Part shown: piece after piece, positions 49,087 to 59,338 of the stretch
Layout: every line of letters starts with the position of its first letter
How positions within the stretch are numbered: the first letter of the stretch is position 1
Source: Candidatus Latescibacterota bacterium
GTDB lineage: Bacteria; Latescibacterota; UBA2968; UBA8231
Reading direction: 5' to 3'
DNA length: 64,000 nucleotides
NCBI GenBank assembly: GCA_965204725.1
Contig: OZ242005.1
Span: 1,888,001-1,952,000, forward strand
Notes under the pieces: model-generated
The model's input: the letters and a program-made list of their open reading frames with translations, nothing else
Told to the model about the DNA's origin: nothing
Databases searched by the model: none
Position numbers and translations under genes: made by a program

Positions 49087-49665
49087 CTATCGAACGTGTT
49101 TTAAGTAGAACGAGACCTCAACGGCAATTTCCTCGCTCACCTTGATAAATGCCGCCAAGGAGGGGGCCTCAATGTGGTAGTCGGCCAGTTTGAGGGTAAA
49201 AGCCGCCTCGACCTTGGAACGCCCCGCTTCCACCACTACGGTCCCGGGCACCTCTATGGCGCGGTCCACCCCGTGTAGCGACAGGATCCCCTTGGTCTTG
49301 ACGCGGTAGGCACCCCCTGTGGAATCGATGGCGGCATGCTCGGCGATCGCCCCTTTGTACACGGCCTTGGGCCACTTATCCGTGTCCAGCACTTGGCGCA
49401 TGTCGCGGTCTCGCTTGCCAATGCCCGTATCGAAGCTGGCTAACTCCACCTCAAAATGCAGTTGGTCCTTGGCCGCAAAAAGCGAATCGCCTTCCCAATA
49501 GATGAAGCCGTCAATTTTATCGGTCGTGCCGGTAAAAGTAAGGGCCACCACTTTGGAGGTGAACGCGACTTGGTTGCCCTCGGCCTTTGTATCGACGTGC
49601 CACTCGCCGCCGTGGACAGCCAGCGGCGCGCCGATCAGGAGCGGGATGAGCCAGCGCACCAACAT
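49087..49665 (-). CDS. yceI: YceI family protein
   Basis: DTGIGKRDRDM...L....P, GILSLHGV, ADYHI; signal peptide; TAATG coupling. Confidence 0.88.
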   Translation of the reverse strand: MLVRWLIPLLIGAPLAVHGGEWHVDTKAEGNQVAFTSKVVALTFTGTTDKIDGFIYWEGDSLFAAKDQLHFEVELASFDTGIGKRDRDMRQVLDTDKWPKAVYKGAIAEHAAIDSTGGAYRVKTKGILSLHGVDRAIEVPGTVVVEAGRSKVEAAFTLKLADYHIEAPSLAAFIKVSEEIAVEVSFYLKHVR

Positions 49666-50075
49666 TAGTCGTTGGGAGCCCCCTTTTCTATCCAAGCACG
49701 CACGGTTTCGAGCGCGGCCGGGGTCAGGTACGGTCCGTTAGGCGGCATGCGGGCTCCATCGATGTCGGCATCGGCCAAGAGTTTGCGATACAGGTAGCTG
49801 TTGTCGGGATCGCCCGGCTCGACCAGCGCGATGCCCCGGCTGCTCTCCACCCCGACGATGTTGTCGTATGCTTGCCCGGCCGACAGGTTGGGCCAAGCAC
49901 TCTTTGCATGGCAACCGCTCGAAGCGCAGGAAACATCGAATATCGTCGTTTGCACCTGCTCAAAGGTCGCCGGCCCTTGGGCAGCCGCGTCGAATACCAT
50001 CTCCGTGCTCGTGGTCGGACCGGAACAAGCGGTCCCCATACATACCAACGCGACGAGCACCATGAACACTTTCAT
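49665..50075 (-). CDS. Cytochrome c-like lipoprotein (CX4CH motif)
   Basis: Lipobox GTAC; CASSGCH; VEPGDPDNSYL, RMP, WIEKGA. Confidence 0.75.
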   Translation of the reverse strand: MKVFMVLVALVCMGTACSGPTTSTEMVFDAAAQGPATFEQVQTTIFDVSCASSGCHAKSAWPNLSAGQAYDNIVGVESSRGIALVEPGDPDNSYLYRKLLADADIDGARMPPNGPYLTPAALETVRAWIEKGAPND

Positions 50076-50209
50076 GGCCTTGCTCCTTGGAATGAACTAC
50101 ATGGGCAACTTAACCACGCCGGTCGGGCGCTGCAACGCGGGAGTGGGCTTCGCGCCGCTCGGTCCGCAACGTCATTGGGTTCGGCGCAAAAGACGCCGAC
50201 ACCCCGTCC

Positions 50210-52255
50210 TCACAAGCTCTTCTCGATCGTCGCGACAATCGCGTCTGTATCCCTTACGTCAGGAAGAGAAAGACGTTCTACAATCAGCCCTTGTGAGTCC
50301 ACCAAGTAATACGAGGGCAGGGCGTTCACTTGGTAGGACTCAGCCAAGTCCGATCCAAAGCCGTCCGCACGCACGTGGACGCCTTTGATCTCGTGTTTGT
50401 CAATCGCCTCTCGCCAAGCTCCCTCATCCGTGTCCAGCGATAAGTTGAGAAAAACAACCGGCTGGTCCGCCATCCTTTCCTTGATCGCGCGGAGGTCGGG
50501 CAAGTTGCCGATACACGGGCCGCACCAACTCGCCCAGAAATCGAACAGAATCGCTTGGCCTTTGAACTGGCTCAGCGATACGGACTGACCATCGAGGTCG
50601 TGGAGGGTAAAGTCGGGGGCGGGTTGTCCGGGTTGTAGCTTGAGGGCCTTATGCAGAACGGCTTGGACTGCCTCGTTGTATTCTGGGTACGGGTTGGTCT
50701 GCTGGAAATCTTCCCACTTGCGCTGGGCCAACGCCAAGGCGTCGAATCCGCTCTTGAAGCTATCGATCAGTTCCTCGGCCAGAAACCAGTAGAGCACTCT
50801 CCCCTTTAGTATTTCCTTGGCCAAATCATATCTCGGCGAAAAATTACTCCACCTCCCAGTACGGCTCTCCGCAGTTATCGAATCAAGCTGGGCCTGCATC
50901 GCCTCCGACAGACCAAGGCTCGATAAATCGATCCGCTCGGAGAGCTTGAGCGGCTGGCGATGTTCGTACATCGAGTCGAGTTGGGCGCGGGTGACTTCCG
51001 GCAGCCCCGATAGATCGAGTTGCTCAGAGAGCTTGGGAGGCTCTTTTGCCAGAGAATCCTGCTTTATTGCGAGTGGCAAGTAGAACGTCACAGAACCACC
51101 CGTCGTATCCACGCTAGCCGCTTCTATCTTATCTGAAGTGGAGAAGGTATAGGATTTGGACTTTTTATATAGGGAGTCGAGGCGAGCTTGGTCGGCTGCC
51201 GAAAGACCAAATACCGACAGGTCGAAGCGCTGGGAGAGCCTAGGAAAACTCTTCTCGTACATCGAATCGAGGCGGGCTTGGGACGCGGGCGACAAACCAA
51301 CGGCTGACAGATCAACCATCTGCGGCAGGCTGGGACGTTTGCTCGCTTCGTGCATTGTGTCGAGGCGGGCCAAAGTCTCCGCCGACAGCCCCAAACTCGA
51401 CAGATCAAAGACTTCGGAGAACTTAGGCCGCCAATGTCGGTCGGAATTTTTTCTCGACTTGTCCAACTCCCAGTCCAAGGTGCGCCTCAGAAAGGTGCGA
51501 TAATATCCCACGCCTATGGCCTTTTCTTCAACTAAGGGAATTTTCTGCAAAAAGCTGTAGTACTTCGCAGTGACCGCTGGGTTGTAGTGGCCATTGGCAC
51601 GGCGGTACTCCCTTGGGTAGGAAATCATGAGTGTGGCCCACTTGTAGTTGAAGTGGGCTGTCGCATAGTCGATGAATCCCGGCGAGAGTGCGTATTCTTC
51701 GCGCTCTTCAGCTAGGAACTCCAACTGATCCTGTAGCCACTGGTCCGCTTGGCGCGAGAAGTCCTCCACCTGCAGATCCTCGTAGTCCAAGCGAGGGCTC
51801 CAAAAGCGCGGAAACAACTCGGCAAGGAAGCGGTTGTTGTCCGCGTTGGAACCGCTGAACGAATAAGAGGGGCCGAAAAAACCCTCCTGCACGGTCACGT
51901 GCAGACTATCGCCGGGTTCGACGAAGAAAACCAAAGGATTGTGCCCGAAGAGGAAAGCGCCTAGCCAGTGCGTCCACTTCCACCGCTCTTTCGCAAAATT
52001 CCCCCGGACGAGGGTCCCTCGCTCGACCGGCACCTCAAAGGCGAAGCGGTCTAGGCTGTCGAGCACGACGCGCCGCTCGGCTCTTGCCAGCACCGACGGC
52101 AATTCGTAGTCAAACGCGATTTCCCGCGAGGTTGGATCCCGGATTTCGCCGGTAATGGTCGCAACCGATGGCTGGCTCTGGGTGCTTTCTGCGGCTAGAC
52201 AAGCACTCGACGCCACGAGTATGGCCATTAGGAGACTACTGTATCGGTCCGTCAT
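50210..52255 (-). CDS. TlpA-family disulfide reductase with internal repeat insertion
   Basis: C-terminal APDF...DFWASWCGPC...LP thioredoxin fold; signal peptide; five DLS..GLS...ARLDS repeats. Confidence 0.88.
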   Translation of the reverse strand: MTDRYSSLLMAILVASSACLAAESTQSQPSVATITGEIRDPTSREIAFDYELPSVLARAERRVVLDSLDRFAFEVPVERGTLVRGNFAKERWKWTHWLGAFLFGHNPLVFFVEPGDSLHVTVQEGFFGPSYSFSGSNADNNRFLAELFPRFWSPRLDYEDLQVEDFSRQADQWLQDQLEFLAEEREEYALSPGFIDYATAHFNYKWATLMISYPREYRRANGHYNPAVTAKYYSFLQKIPLVEEKAIGVGYYRTFLRRTLDWELDKSRKNSDRHWRPKFSEVFDLSSLGLSAETLARLDTMHEASKRPSLPQMVDLSAVGLSPASQARLDSMYEKSFPRLSQRFDLSVFGLSAADQARLDSLYKKSKSYTFSTSDKIEAASVDTTGGSVTFYLPLAIKQDSLAKEPPKLSEQLDLSGLPEVTRAQLDSMYEHRQPLKLSERIDLSSLGLSEAMQAQLDSITAESRTGRWSNFSPRYDLAKEILKGRVLYWFLAEELIDSFKSGFDALALAQRKWEDFQQTNPYPEYNEAVQAVLHKALKLQPGQPAPDFTLHDLDGQSVSLSQFKGQAILFDFWASWCGPCIGNLPDLRAIKERMADQPVVFLNLSLDTDEGAWREAIDKHEIKGVHVRADGFGSDLAESYQVNALPSYYLVDSQGLIVERLSLPDVRDTDAIVATIEKSL

Positions 52256-52449
52256 GAGCTTTGCTCCAGTCCGCTAGCCGTACGCGCCGTGATCGAGGAA
52301 GCCAAGCAAGCGTTTCAGCCGGGGGTTCGCATCCTCTATTTTGTGCAAGGTCGGCGCAGGGCCTATTGGCGCATTGCGAGGCCGATGCCTTTCTTTGCTA
52401 CGTATAGCCAAAGTCTGGCTTGGTAGCCACCTAGCCCAAAGGAGACGCC

Positions 52450-53397
52450 GTGTACATCCAAGACCAACTCCCCCATGACCGCATTACCGACGACAACCTG
52501 AGCTATTACAAAGCCATTGGCGTCGATTACCTGACCGTCAATTCCCTCCCGCCCAACCTACACACCTACCCTGAGATGGTCGAGTACCTGACAGCAGTGC
52601 GCGACCGCGCCGCAAAAAACGGCCTCCGCTTTTACAACGCCGCCTTGACCGGCCCGGACGAAATCACCCTCGCCGGGCCAGACCGCGACGCCAAAATTGA
52701 GGAGTGGTGCAACTGGCTCCGGGCCATGGGCACCGCGGGCGTCCCGACCCTCGGCTACAATTTCAAGCCCGTAGGCAATTTCCGCACGCCCTCAGCCACC
52801 GGCCGCGGCGGCGCCCACTACAGCACCTTCACCTACACAGAATACGAAAAAGAAAACCACGACTATCCAGCCAAGTACATCGACGAGGCCGGGATGTGGG
52901 CCAATATATCCTACTTGCACCAGCGCATCGTCCCGGTCGCCGAGGAAGCGGGCGTCACCTTGGCCCTGCACCCGGACGATCCCCCGTTACCCGAGCCGAT
53001 GGGCGGCGCAGCGCGGATTGTCTCCACCCTCGACCAATACGAGCGCATCTTCGCCCTCAACCCCAGTCCCCAAAACGCCATGCTGTTCTGTCAGGGCTGC
53101 GTCACCGAAATGGGCATTGACGTGTACGAGGGCATCCGCCGCATGGGCCGCCAAGGCAAAATCGCCTACGTCCACTTCCGCAACGTGCGCGGCACACCCA
53201 AGGATTTTAGGGAGGTCTTTATCGACGAGGGCGACGTCGATATGTTCCGGGCGATGCAGACCTACAAGGAGGTGGGCTTTAACGGGCCGTTTATGATGGA
53301 CCACACCCCGTCCATCGCCGGCGACCAAGGCGGGCGTCAGGGCCATGCCTATGCCACCGGCTTCATCCGCGCCATGATCCAAGCCGTCTATCGCTGA
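52450..53397 (+). CDS. uxuA: Mannonate dehydratase (UxuA) family protein
   Basis: YNF, LHPDDPP, FCQG, VHFRN, DEGDVDM, DHTP; AAGGAG RBS. Confidence 0.82.
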   Translation: MYIQDQLPHDRITDDNLSYYKAIGVDYLTVNSLPPNLHTYPEMVEYLTAVRDRAAKNGLRFYNAALTGPDEITLAGPDRDAKIEEWCNWLRAMGTAGVPTLGYNFKPVGNFRTPSATGRGGAHYSTFTYTEYEKENHDYPAKYIDEAGMWANISYLHQRIVPVAEEAGVTLALHPDDPPLPEPMGGAARIVSTLDQYERIFALNPSPQNAMLFCQGCVTEMGIDVYEGIRRMGRQGKIAYVHFRNVRGTPKDFREVFIDEGDVDMFRAMQTYKEVGFNGPFMMDHTPSIAGDQGGRQGHAYATGFIRAMIQAVYR

Positions 53398-53424
53398 TCC
53401 AACCCTACCAACGGCGGAAGGCGG

Positions 53425-53919
53425 TCAATCTATCCGGTCCATCGCTTCAATGGCTTGGTCAAAGGCCGGATCGTCCACCCAAGTACCGGCCAAGTCGTCT
53501 AGATCGTGGTGCCGCACGGTCTGTTCCGTTCTCGCTCCGGCGCGGTCGGAATCGTCGAGGAGGGCCAGCATCCGGGAGACAAAGCGATGAACGACCGGAC
53601 GTTCCTGTTCAATCTCGTATTCTTCCATGTCATTGTGGAAGAAATTTTTGTGGAAGTCTTCCGCCGCTAAGAATCCGGCGAGAATGAGCGGGTCGTTATA
53701 CTCCTGTTCCAGCCGAAAAATGGCGTTTTTCATGGCGCGATGGCTGCGGTACTGCCAATCCCGCTGTTGGGCAATGGCGGTTACGATGTGGGTGGCAGCA
53801 CCATAGAGCTTTTCCGAAGCCTGTAAACGCTCGCCAGCAGCAAATTCCCGATCAGAGGCCGCTAGAAATTCCAAGGCCGTCTGAGTGTGCTCTTGGGTTG
53901 TCATTTCTCTAGCATTCAT
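53425..53919 (-). CDS. PaREP1/HEPN-like protein with antitoxin-like C-terminal tail
   Basis: FL..SDREF..GE.LQASEKLYGAA...H...HKNFF pattern; tail DLDDLAGTWVDDPAFD. Confidence 0.65.
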   Translation of the reverse strand: MNAREMTTQEHTQTALEFLAASDREFAAGERLQASEKLYGAATHIVTAIAQQRDWQYRSHRAMKNAIFRLEQEYNDPLILAGFLAAEDFHKNFFHNDMEEYEIEQERPVVHRFVSRMLALLDDSDRAGARTEQTVRHHDLDDLAGTWVDDPAFDQAIEAMDRID

Positions 53920-53934
53920 GAGTTTTCCTTCGGC

Positions 53935-55104
53935 TTAGCCCGCGGCCGCGCGCAGCGCCTCGGCCATCTTCCGCACCTTGGCCTTGGTGTTGTTCGGGTG
54001 CATGGGGACCAAGACGGCGCGCGCCAAAACATCGAGCGAGTCCGCGCACGTCTTGAGCTTGTATTTGACCCGCGCCTTGCGGTTGGCCGGGAGCTTAAAG
54101 GGATTCAGTGCCGGATGGTGCGCGCCTTGGTAGCGCAAAATAGGCTCCCAGCGCGTATAGACGTGGCGGCCGGTATCCATGGGCAAAAAGGAGCGCATGT
54201 CTTGGGCGGCCAATCGGTTGCAAAAGGAGCGCGCCTCGTCCTCGGTGGCAAACAAAAAGCCCAAGTGCGTGCCGCACTCGTGATCCAAGCTGTTGTTTTT
54301 TATGGACTCCAATCCCACCTCTAGCCCGACCTGTAGCAGCTCCTGCTTGTGAGAACGCATCGTCTTGAGCATCCCCCGGATTCGCCGCAACTGCACGTTG
54401 AGTATGGCCCCCTCCACTTCAGAAGCCCGGAAATTGGGGCCGGCAAATTGCAGATCTTCGCGCTCTTCGTCCGGGTTCCAATAAAAGGAGCAGCAATCCA
54501 CCGCCACCGAGCCGCGCTGATGCACCGCCTCGGCATTAGTTACAAAAGCCCCGCCCTCGCCGCAGGTCATGTTCTTAAAAAAGTTGAAACTAAACGCGCC
54601 GGCGTGGCCCCAACTGCCCAACATCCGGCCCTCGTAGCCCCCGCCCACCGCCTGACAGGCGTCTTCGAGAACGAGCAAGTCGCGTTTGCGGGCGATCTTG
54701 GCAATTTTCTTCATATCGCAAGGCAAGCCGACCATGTGGACCGGAATAATTGCCTTGGTGTGCTTTGTAATGCGTCGCTTTAAGTCCTTGGGACACAACG
54801 TCAAGGACGTATCTACATCGGCGATTACCGGAATGGCCCCGGCCCCTAACACCGCCAAGGCGGTCGCCATGTAGGTATAGGCCGGTACAATCACCTGATC
54901 CCCCGGCCCCACGCCCAATCCCACTAAGGCGGCGTACAGTGCCGAGGTCCCCGAGCGCGTCATCCGACAGTGCTCCACGCCCACGTACCGCGCCCAGTTC
55001 CTTTCAAAGCGGTCGCACTCTCCATTTGATCCATAGCGGAAGATCGCGCCGCTCTCGAACAGCCGCTGTAGTTGCTTGGTTTCTGCTTGGCCAATGCGAT
55101 ACAC
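53935..55104 (-). CDS. DegT/DnrJ/EryC1/StrS PLP aminotransferase
   Basis: SGTSAL, EDACQAVG, FSFNFFKNMTCGEGG. Confidence 0.92.
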   Translation of the reverse strand: MYRIGQAETKQLQRLFESGAIFRYGSNGECDRFERNWARYVGVEHCRMTRSGTSALYAALVGLGVGPGDQVIVPAYTYMATALAVLGAGAIPVIADVDTSLTLCPKDLKRRITKHTKAIIPVHMVGLPCDMKKIAKIARKRDLLVLEDACQAVGGGYEGRMLGSWGHAGAFSFNFFKNMTCGEGGAFVTNAEAVHQRGSVAVDCCSFYWNPDEEREDLQFAGPNFRASEVEGAILNVQLRRIRGMLKTMRSHKQELLQVGLEVGLESIKNNSLDHECGTHLGFLFATEDEARSFCNRLAAQDMRSFLPMDTGRHVYTRWEPILRYQGAHHPALNPFKLPANRKARVKYKLKTCADSLDVLARAVLVPMHPNNTKAKVRKMAEALRAAAG

Positions 55105-55115
55105 GATAGACTCCT

Positions 55116-56855
55116 TTAGACGAGTTCCAGTTCGACCCAGCGTCGAACCGAATTAATAATATAGAGGGCGTCGGCTCGCGCCAATTCGCCGATGGGCAAA
55201 GGGCGTGCGTGGAGTTGACCCTGCGCCAACAGCTCGGCGCGGAACGTGCCGGCCAACAGCCCGGATTCGACCGGGGGCGTGTAGCGGACGCCAGCGCGCT
55301 CCAGCACCAAGTTGCCGATGCAGCACTCGGTCAGCTCGCCGCGCTCGTTGTACAGCACCACGTCGTCGCAATCCGGGCGCGCCGCCAGCCGCTGGTCGTA
55401 CAAGGCCCGGTGGGTCGTCTTGTGGTACAGCAAGGGGTCGGCGCTATCTACGGCCGCATGGGCTAGGGCCACCCGCAGCCGCCGCGCCGGCGCGAGTGCC
55501 TCGTGCTGCAAGCGGATCGCGCCGGCGCGAGAAAGCCGCAAGCGCACCCGACACCGGCCCTCCAGCGCGTGGGCCGCGTCTTGCAACCGCGCCCGGACGC
55601 GGTCGCCCGCATAGCAAAACCCCCAGTACGCTGCCGACTGAGACAATCGCTCTAAATGCCTGTCCAACAAAAAATAAGCCCCCTCTTCATACAGCAACGT
55701 CTCCACCAGTTCAAAAGACGGGTGCGGCCGGGCGCGCAAGACCTCGGCCTTGACGAGGCATTCGGCGTATTCTTCTGCTGCCGATGAGGCCCAGACGATC
55801 CCGCCGCCCACGCCAAATTCGAGCTGGTCCTGCTCGCGGTCGAGATGCGCCGTGCGAATCGCCACGTTGAAGCACGCCTCCGGCCCGGGCGACACATAGC
55901 CCAAGCAGCCGGTGTAAATGCCGCGCGGGGCGCGCTCCAGTTCGGCGATGATGGCCATGGTCCGCACCTTGGGCGCGCCGGTCACCGAGCCGCAGGGGAA
56001 AAGCGCGGCAAAAACGTCGGGCAAGCGCACGCCGGCTTTGAGTTGGCTGGCCACCGTAGAAGTTAGCTGCCAAACCGTGGGATAGCGTTCGACCGACCAC
56101 AGGGCCGGAACCGCCACGCTGCCGACTTGCGAGATCCGCCCCAAGTCGTTGCGCAACATATCTGCGACCATCAGGTTTTCGGCGCGGTCCTTGGCGGAAT
56201 GTTGCAGGGCGTCGGCCCGCTGCCGATCCTCGGCCGCAAAGCGGCCCCGCGGCCGGGTGCCCTTCATGGGCCGCACCGTGCAACGCCCGTTGTGCAGGCG
56301 GAAGAACAGCTCGGGCGACGCTGAGATCAGCACGTGCCGACCCAAGTCGAGATACGCGCACAACGCGGACTCCTGCCCCTGCCCCATGTCGCGGTACAGC
56401 GCCCGCGGATCGCCGCGGAAGCGGCTGTGCAAGCGCAAGGTGTAATTGACTTGGTACGTGTCGCCGGCCGCAATATAGGCGCGGATGCGCTCAATGGCGG
56501 CCTCGTATTCCTCCCGCGACACCGACGGCCGCCATTGGTCCAATTCGTAGGAGCCCAAGCTATCGCTGGGCGCGGCCACCGGCAGCCGCTCCTCAAAGAG
56601 ACCAAAGTACACTAGGGGAAGCGCGTCAGCGGGACGGGTGGTGAAGGCCGGGTCCAGTCCAGCCGCGGCCTCGTAGCAGACAAAGCCTACAGCGTGTAGT
56701 CCTTGCTCCACCGCCCGCTCCACCGCGCTGAGGGCCGGGCGCACCTCCTCTGCCGCTGCGGCCACGACCTCCCCCACCGGATGGGTAAACGCAAAGGAGC
56801 GCTCCTGCCCGCTGCGGGCATAGGACGACAACAGCACTGGACTTTCTATACCCAT
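55116..56855 (-). CDS. pabB: Aminodeoxychorismate synthase component I fused to class IV aminotransferase/ADC lyase domain
   Basis: GDTYQVN, SPELF, PMKGT, KDRAEN.M..D, FPCGSVTGAPK; C-terminal HKTT, GLLAGTFR. Confidence 0.92.
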   Translation of the reverse strand: MGIESPVLLSSYARSGQERSFAFTHPVGEVVAAAAEEVRPALSAVERAVEQGLHAVGFVCYEAAAGLDPAFTTRPADALPLVYFGLFEERLPVAAPSDSLGSYELDQWRPSVSREEYEAAIERIRAYIAAGDTYQVNYTLRLHSRFRGDPRALYRDMGQGQESALCAYLDLGRHVLISASPELFFRLHNGRCTVRPMKGTRPRGRFAAEDRQRADALQHSAKDRAENLMVADMLRNDLGRISQVGSVAVPALWSVERYPTVWQLTSTVASQLKAGVRLPDVFAALFPCGSVTGAPKVRTMAIIAELERAPRGIYTGCLGYVSPGPEACFNVAIRTAHLDREQDQLEFGVGGGIVWASSAAEEYAECLVKAEVLRARPHPSFELVETLLYEEGAYFLLDRHLERLSQSAAYWGFCYAGDRVRARLQDAAHALEGRCRVRLRLSRAGAIRLQHEALAPARRLRVALAHAAVDSADPLLYHKTTHRALYDQRLAARPDCDDVVLYNERGELTECCIGNLVLERAGVRYTPPVESGLLAGTFRAELLAQGQLHARPLPIGELARADALYIINSVRRWVELELV

Positions 56856-56900
56856 GTCTTTGGCAAAGAATTCTCTTAGCGTCCCCAACGACGCCGATCG

Positions 56901-57710
56901 CTAGCCTGCCGCCTCGCCGGGCTGGTACTCAATGCGCCGCATGAAACGCTCGCCGACATCGTAGTTTGGCTGGTCGGAGACAAAGCGCCACAAGCGCACG
57001 CGCTGCATCAGTTCGTAGCGATGCTCGTTGCCCTCCCAGCCGTGGTTGGTCGATAGGATGGGGCCGATTGCAGGATCGTCCAGATCCGCGGTGTCAAAGT
57101 TGCAGACCTGCGGCCGCGTCGGGTTGAGCCGCAACTTGTACATGAAGCGGTCCCGAGCCGTGTAGTTGCTGCGCGCCCCGTGCCAGACGCGGGTGTTCCA
57201 CACGTACATGGTCCCCGCCGGGCAGGTCGCCCAGACCTTGCCCCGCATGTGGTGGTAAATGGCGATCTCCCCGGTGCGCACATTGCGGAATTGCGTTCCC
57301 GGCACTAAGAAAGTACCGCCCATCTCGTCTGTTGTATCTGCGGGGAACAGCGATAGCTGGATATCGAAGTAATGGTCGCGGAAGTCGATGACCGAGTCTT
57401 GGTGCATATTGGGGCCTTTGGTTTGCTCGGCCTTGGTCAAGTGCGCGGCGTGGTGGTCGTACAGGGGATCGGGGCCAACCAAGGAGTGGATGAGTCCCTG
57501 GACCTGCGGCAGGCGGAACGCATCGCCCAAAGCCGTGCCTTTGGGCCAAGTCTCCTCAAACGGGGTCCCCACGGCGAGATAGCCCTTATTGTGGTGCATT
57601 TCCTCAAGGCAGGCTCGGCACAGATCTTTAGGGACCATTTCTTCAAACTTCAAATACCCCGAGGCGACAAATTGCGCCATCTGCTTCGAGTTCAAAAGAT
57701 GCTCTTTCAC
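56901..57710 (-). CDS. Phytanoyl-CoA dioxygenase family protein
   Basis: FVASGY, HQD, GGT.LVPGT, WH...N...R. Confidence 0.82.
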   Translation of the reverse strand: MKEHLLNSKQMAQFVASGYLKFEEMVPKDLCRACLEEMHHNKGYLAVGTPFEETWPKGTALGDAFRLPQVQGLIHSLVGPDPLYDHHAAHLTKAEQTKGPNMHQDSVIDFRDHYFDIQLSLFPADTTDEMGGTFLVPGTQFRNVRTGEIAIYHHMRGKVWATCPAGTMYVWNTRVWHGARSNYTARDRFMYKLRLNPTRPQVCNFDTADLDDPAIGPILSTNHGWEGNEHRYELMQRVRLWRFVSDQPNYDVGERFMRRIEYQPGEAAG

Positions 57711-58006
57711 GATGTGGCTCCTTCCTCTTTTTGCAGCTCGTTGAATTTCGACAACACGATCTGGTAGGGCAGCGGCCCCAGTTCATAGCCCTCTTGGGGC
57801 GAGCGATGCTTGAGTTCCGACATCTGGATGACTTGCCAGCCATCGCGCAGGGCCGCCATGGCGTTGTGGTAGGGCGGCTCGCTCTCCTCGACCAAGTCGC
57901 CTAGGCCCGTCCCCTTGGAGGCTTCGTAGCGCGCCCAAGCGACGACTTGGGCGTCGAGCGCGGGCGTGGTCTGAAAAAGTACTAGAATGTCTTGCACTGC
58001 GGTCAT
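57707..58006 (-). CDS. Small hypothetical protein
   Basis: ATG after GAAGG; ALRDGWQVIQ motif; GTGA overlap with the downstream gene. Confidence 0.65.
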   Translation of the reverse strand: MTAVQDILVLFQTTPALDAQVVAWARYEASKGTGLGDLVEESEPPYHNAMAALRDGWQVIQMSELKHRSPQEGYELGPLPYQIVLSKFNELQKEEGATS

Positions 58007-58101
58007 AAAAAAGCCTTCCGGTGATATGGGGTTGAAGGTTGAAATTGCCGAGCGGTGTCCATTAAAAGTTAAAAATAGAGAACCTGTCGCCGCGCCGGCC
58101 G

Positions 58102-59070
58102 CTAATGCGTCCGCGCCAAGGGCGTCCATTCGGAGAGCGCGTCCAACTCCGTTCGTTCCCCATCCCCCAACTCCACTTCCAACGCGCCAAAGACCTCCTC
58201 CACGTGCTCGGGGCGGTCTGGGCCGATGATCGGTGCGGTAACATCCTCGTTGGCCAATATCCAAGCGATCGCGACCTGCGCCGGGGTTTTGTCCTGTGCT
58301 CGACCGATCTCGGTTAGCTTCTGCACGATTCGCTCGGCTTGGTCGCTCAGGGCCGCTGCAAACCGCCCATCGTCCTGCCAAGCACTATCGGTCGGCGGCT
58401 TTTGCCCGCGCCTAAAGCGGCCGCTCAACAGGCCGACGGCCAGCGGACTATAGGTCATCATACCGAGGCCGTACTGCCGACACAAAGGCAATAGCTCCGG
58501 CTCCACTTCCCAGCGCTGCAATAGGTTGTACTGATTTTGTAAGGTGAACAATGGGTCTAGCCCCCGGCGATCCGCCGTCCACAATGCCTCCACCACTTGG
58601 GCGGCGGTAAAATTGCAGGCGCCCACATAGCGCACCTTGCCCTGCCGCACCAAGTCGTCAAACGCCCGCAGCGTCTCGTCGAGTGCGGTGTCGGCATCCC
58701 AGTGGTGCAGCAAGTATATATCGACGTAATCCGTGCCCAAGCGCTTGAGCGACCGCTCGATCTCGCGCATGATGGCAAAGCGCGACAGGCCGCGGTCGTT
58801 GGGGCCATCGCCTACGGGGCTCCAGACTTTGGTCGTGATCACCAGATCGTCGCGCTTGCCCTTGATGGCCTTGCCCAACAGCGCTTCGCAACGGCCCTGA
58901 AAGTAGTAGTTGGCGCAATCGAGGAAATTGCACCCCAAGTCGAGGGCGGTCTCAACCGTGCGCACAGCGGTCGCCTCGTCTGTGTGCCCGTGCCAGTACC
59001 CGCGGAAGGCCGTGCCCAAGCACAGCCGCGAGACCTTGACCCCAGCCCGTCCCAATCGCACGTACTCCAT
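58102..59070 (-). CDS. Aldo/keto reductase
   Basis: LGRAGVKVSRLCLGT, D.A..Y, SLKRLGTDYVD, GKVRYVG, YSPL. Confidence 0.93.
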   Translation of the reverse strand: MEYVRLGRAGVKVSRLCLGTAFRGYWHGHTDEATAVRTVETALDLGCNFLDCANYYFQGRCEALLGKAIKGKRDDLVITTKVWSPVGDGPNDRGLSRFAIMREIERSLKRLGTDYVDIYLLHHWDADTALDETLRAFDDLVRQGKVRYVGACNFTAAQVVEALWTADRRGLDPLFTLQNQYNLLQRWEVEPELLPLCRQYGLGMMTYSPLAVGLLSGRFRRGQKPPTDSAWQDDGRFAAALSDQAERIVQKLTEIGRAQDKTPAQVAIAWILANEDVTAPIIGPDRPEHVEEVFGALEVELGDGERTELDALSEWTPLARTH

Positions 59071-59338
59071 GATTTCTCCTAGTCCAGTTTGATTGGCAAG
59101 TTATATGTCGGCGCATTCACGGGCCGCGCCAAGCCGATTTCGAGGCGGATTTCAGTCCCCGGCAGCAAGCCTATATTCTCTCGTTTCTCGCAAGGTTCCG
59201 CCCCCTTGACGTAATTCCTACAGCTATACTATGTATATGTATAAGCTGAGCACTGGAAATACTCAAGAAAACCTTTATCGATAAGATACGGGAGATGATG
59301 GAAATGCTCTCAGGACTACCCAGAGGCTGAGGACGCCC

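Noticed and set aside
59206-59230. TTGACG...TATACT sigma70 promoter for the NYN-NACHT cassette
   Set aside because: Spacer is only 13 nt
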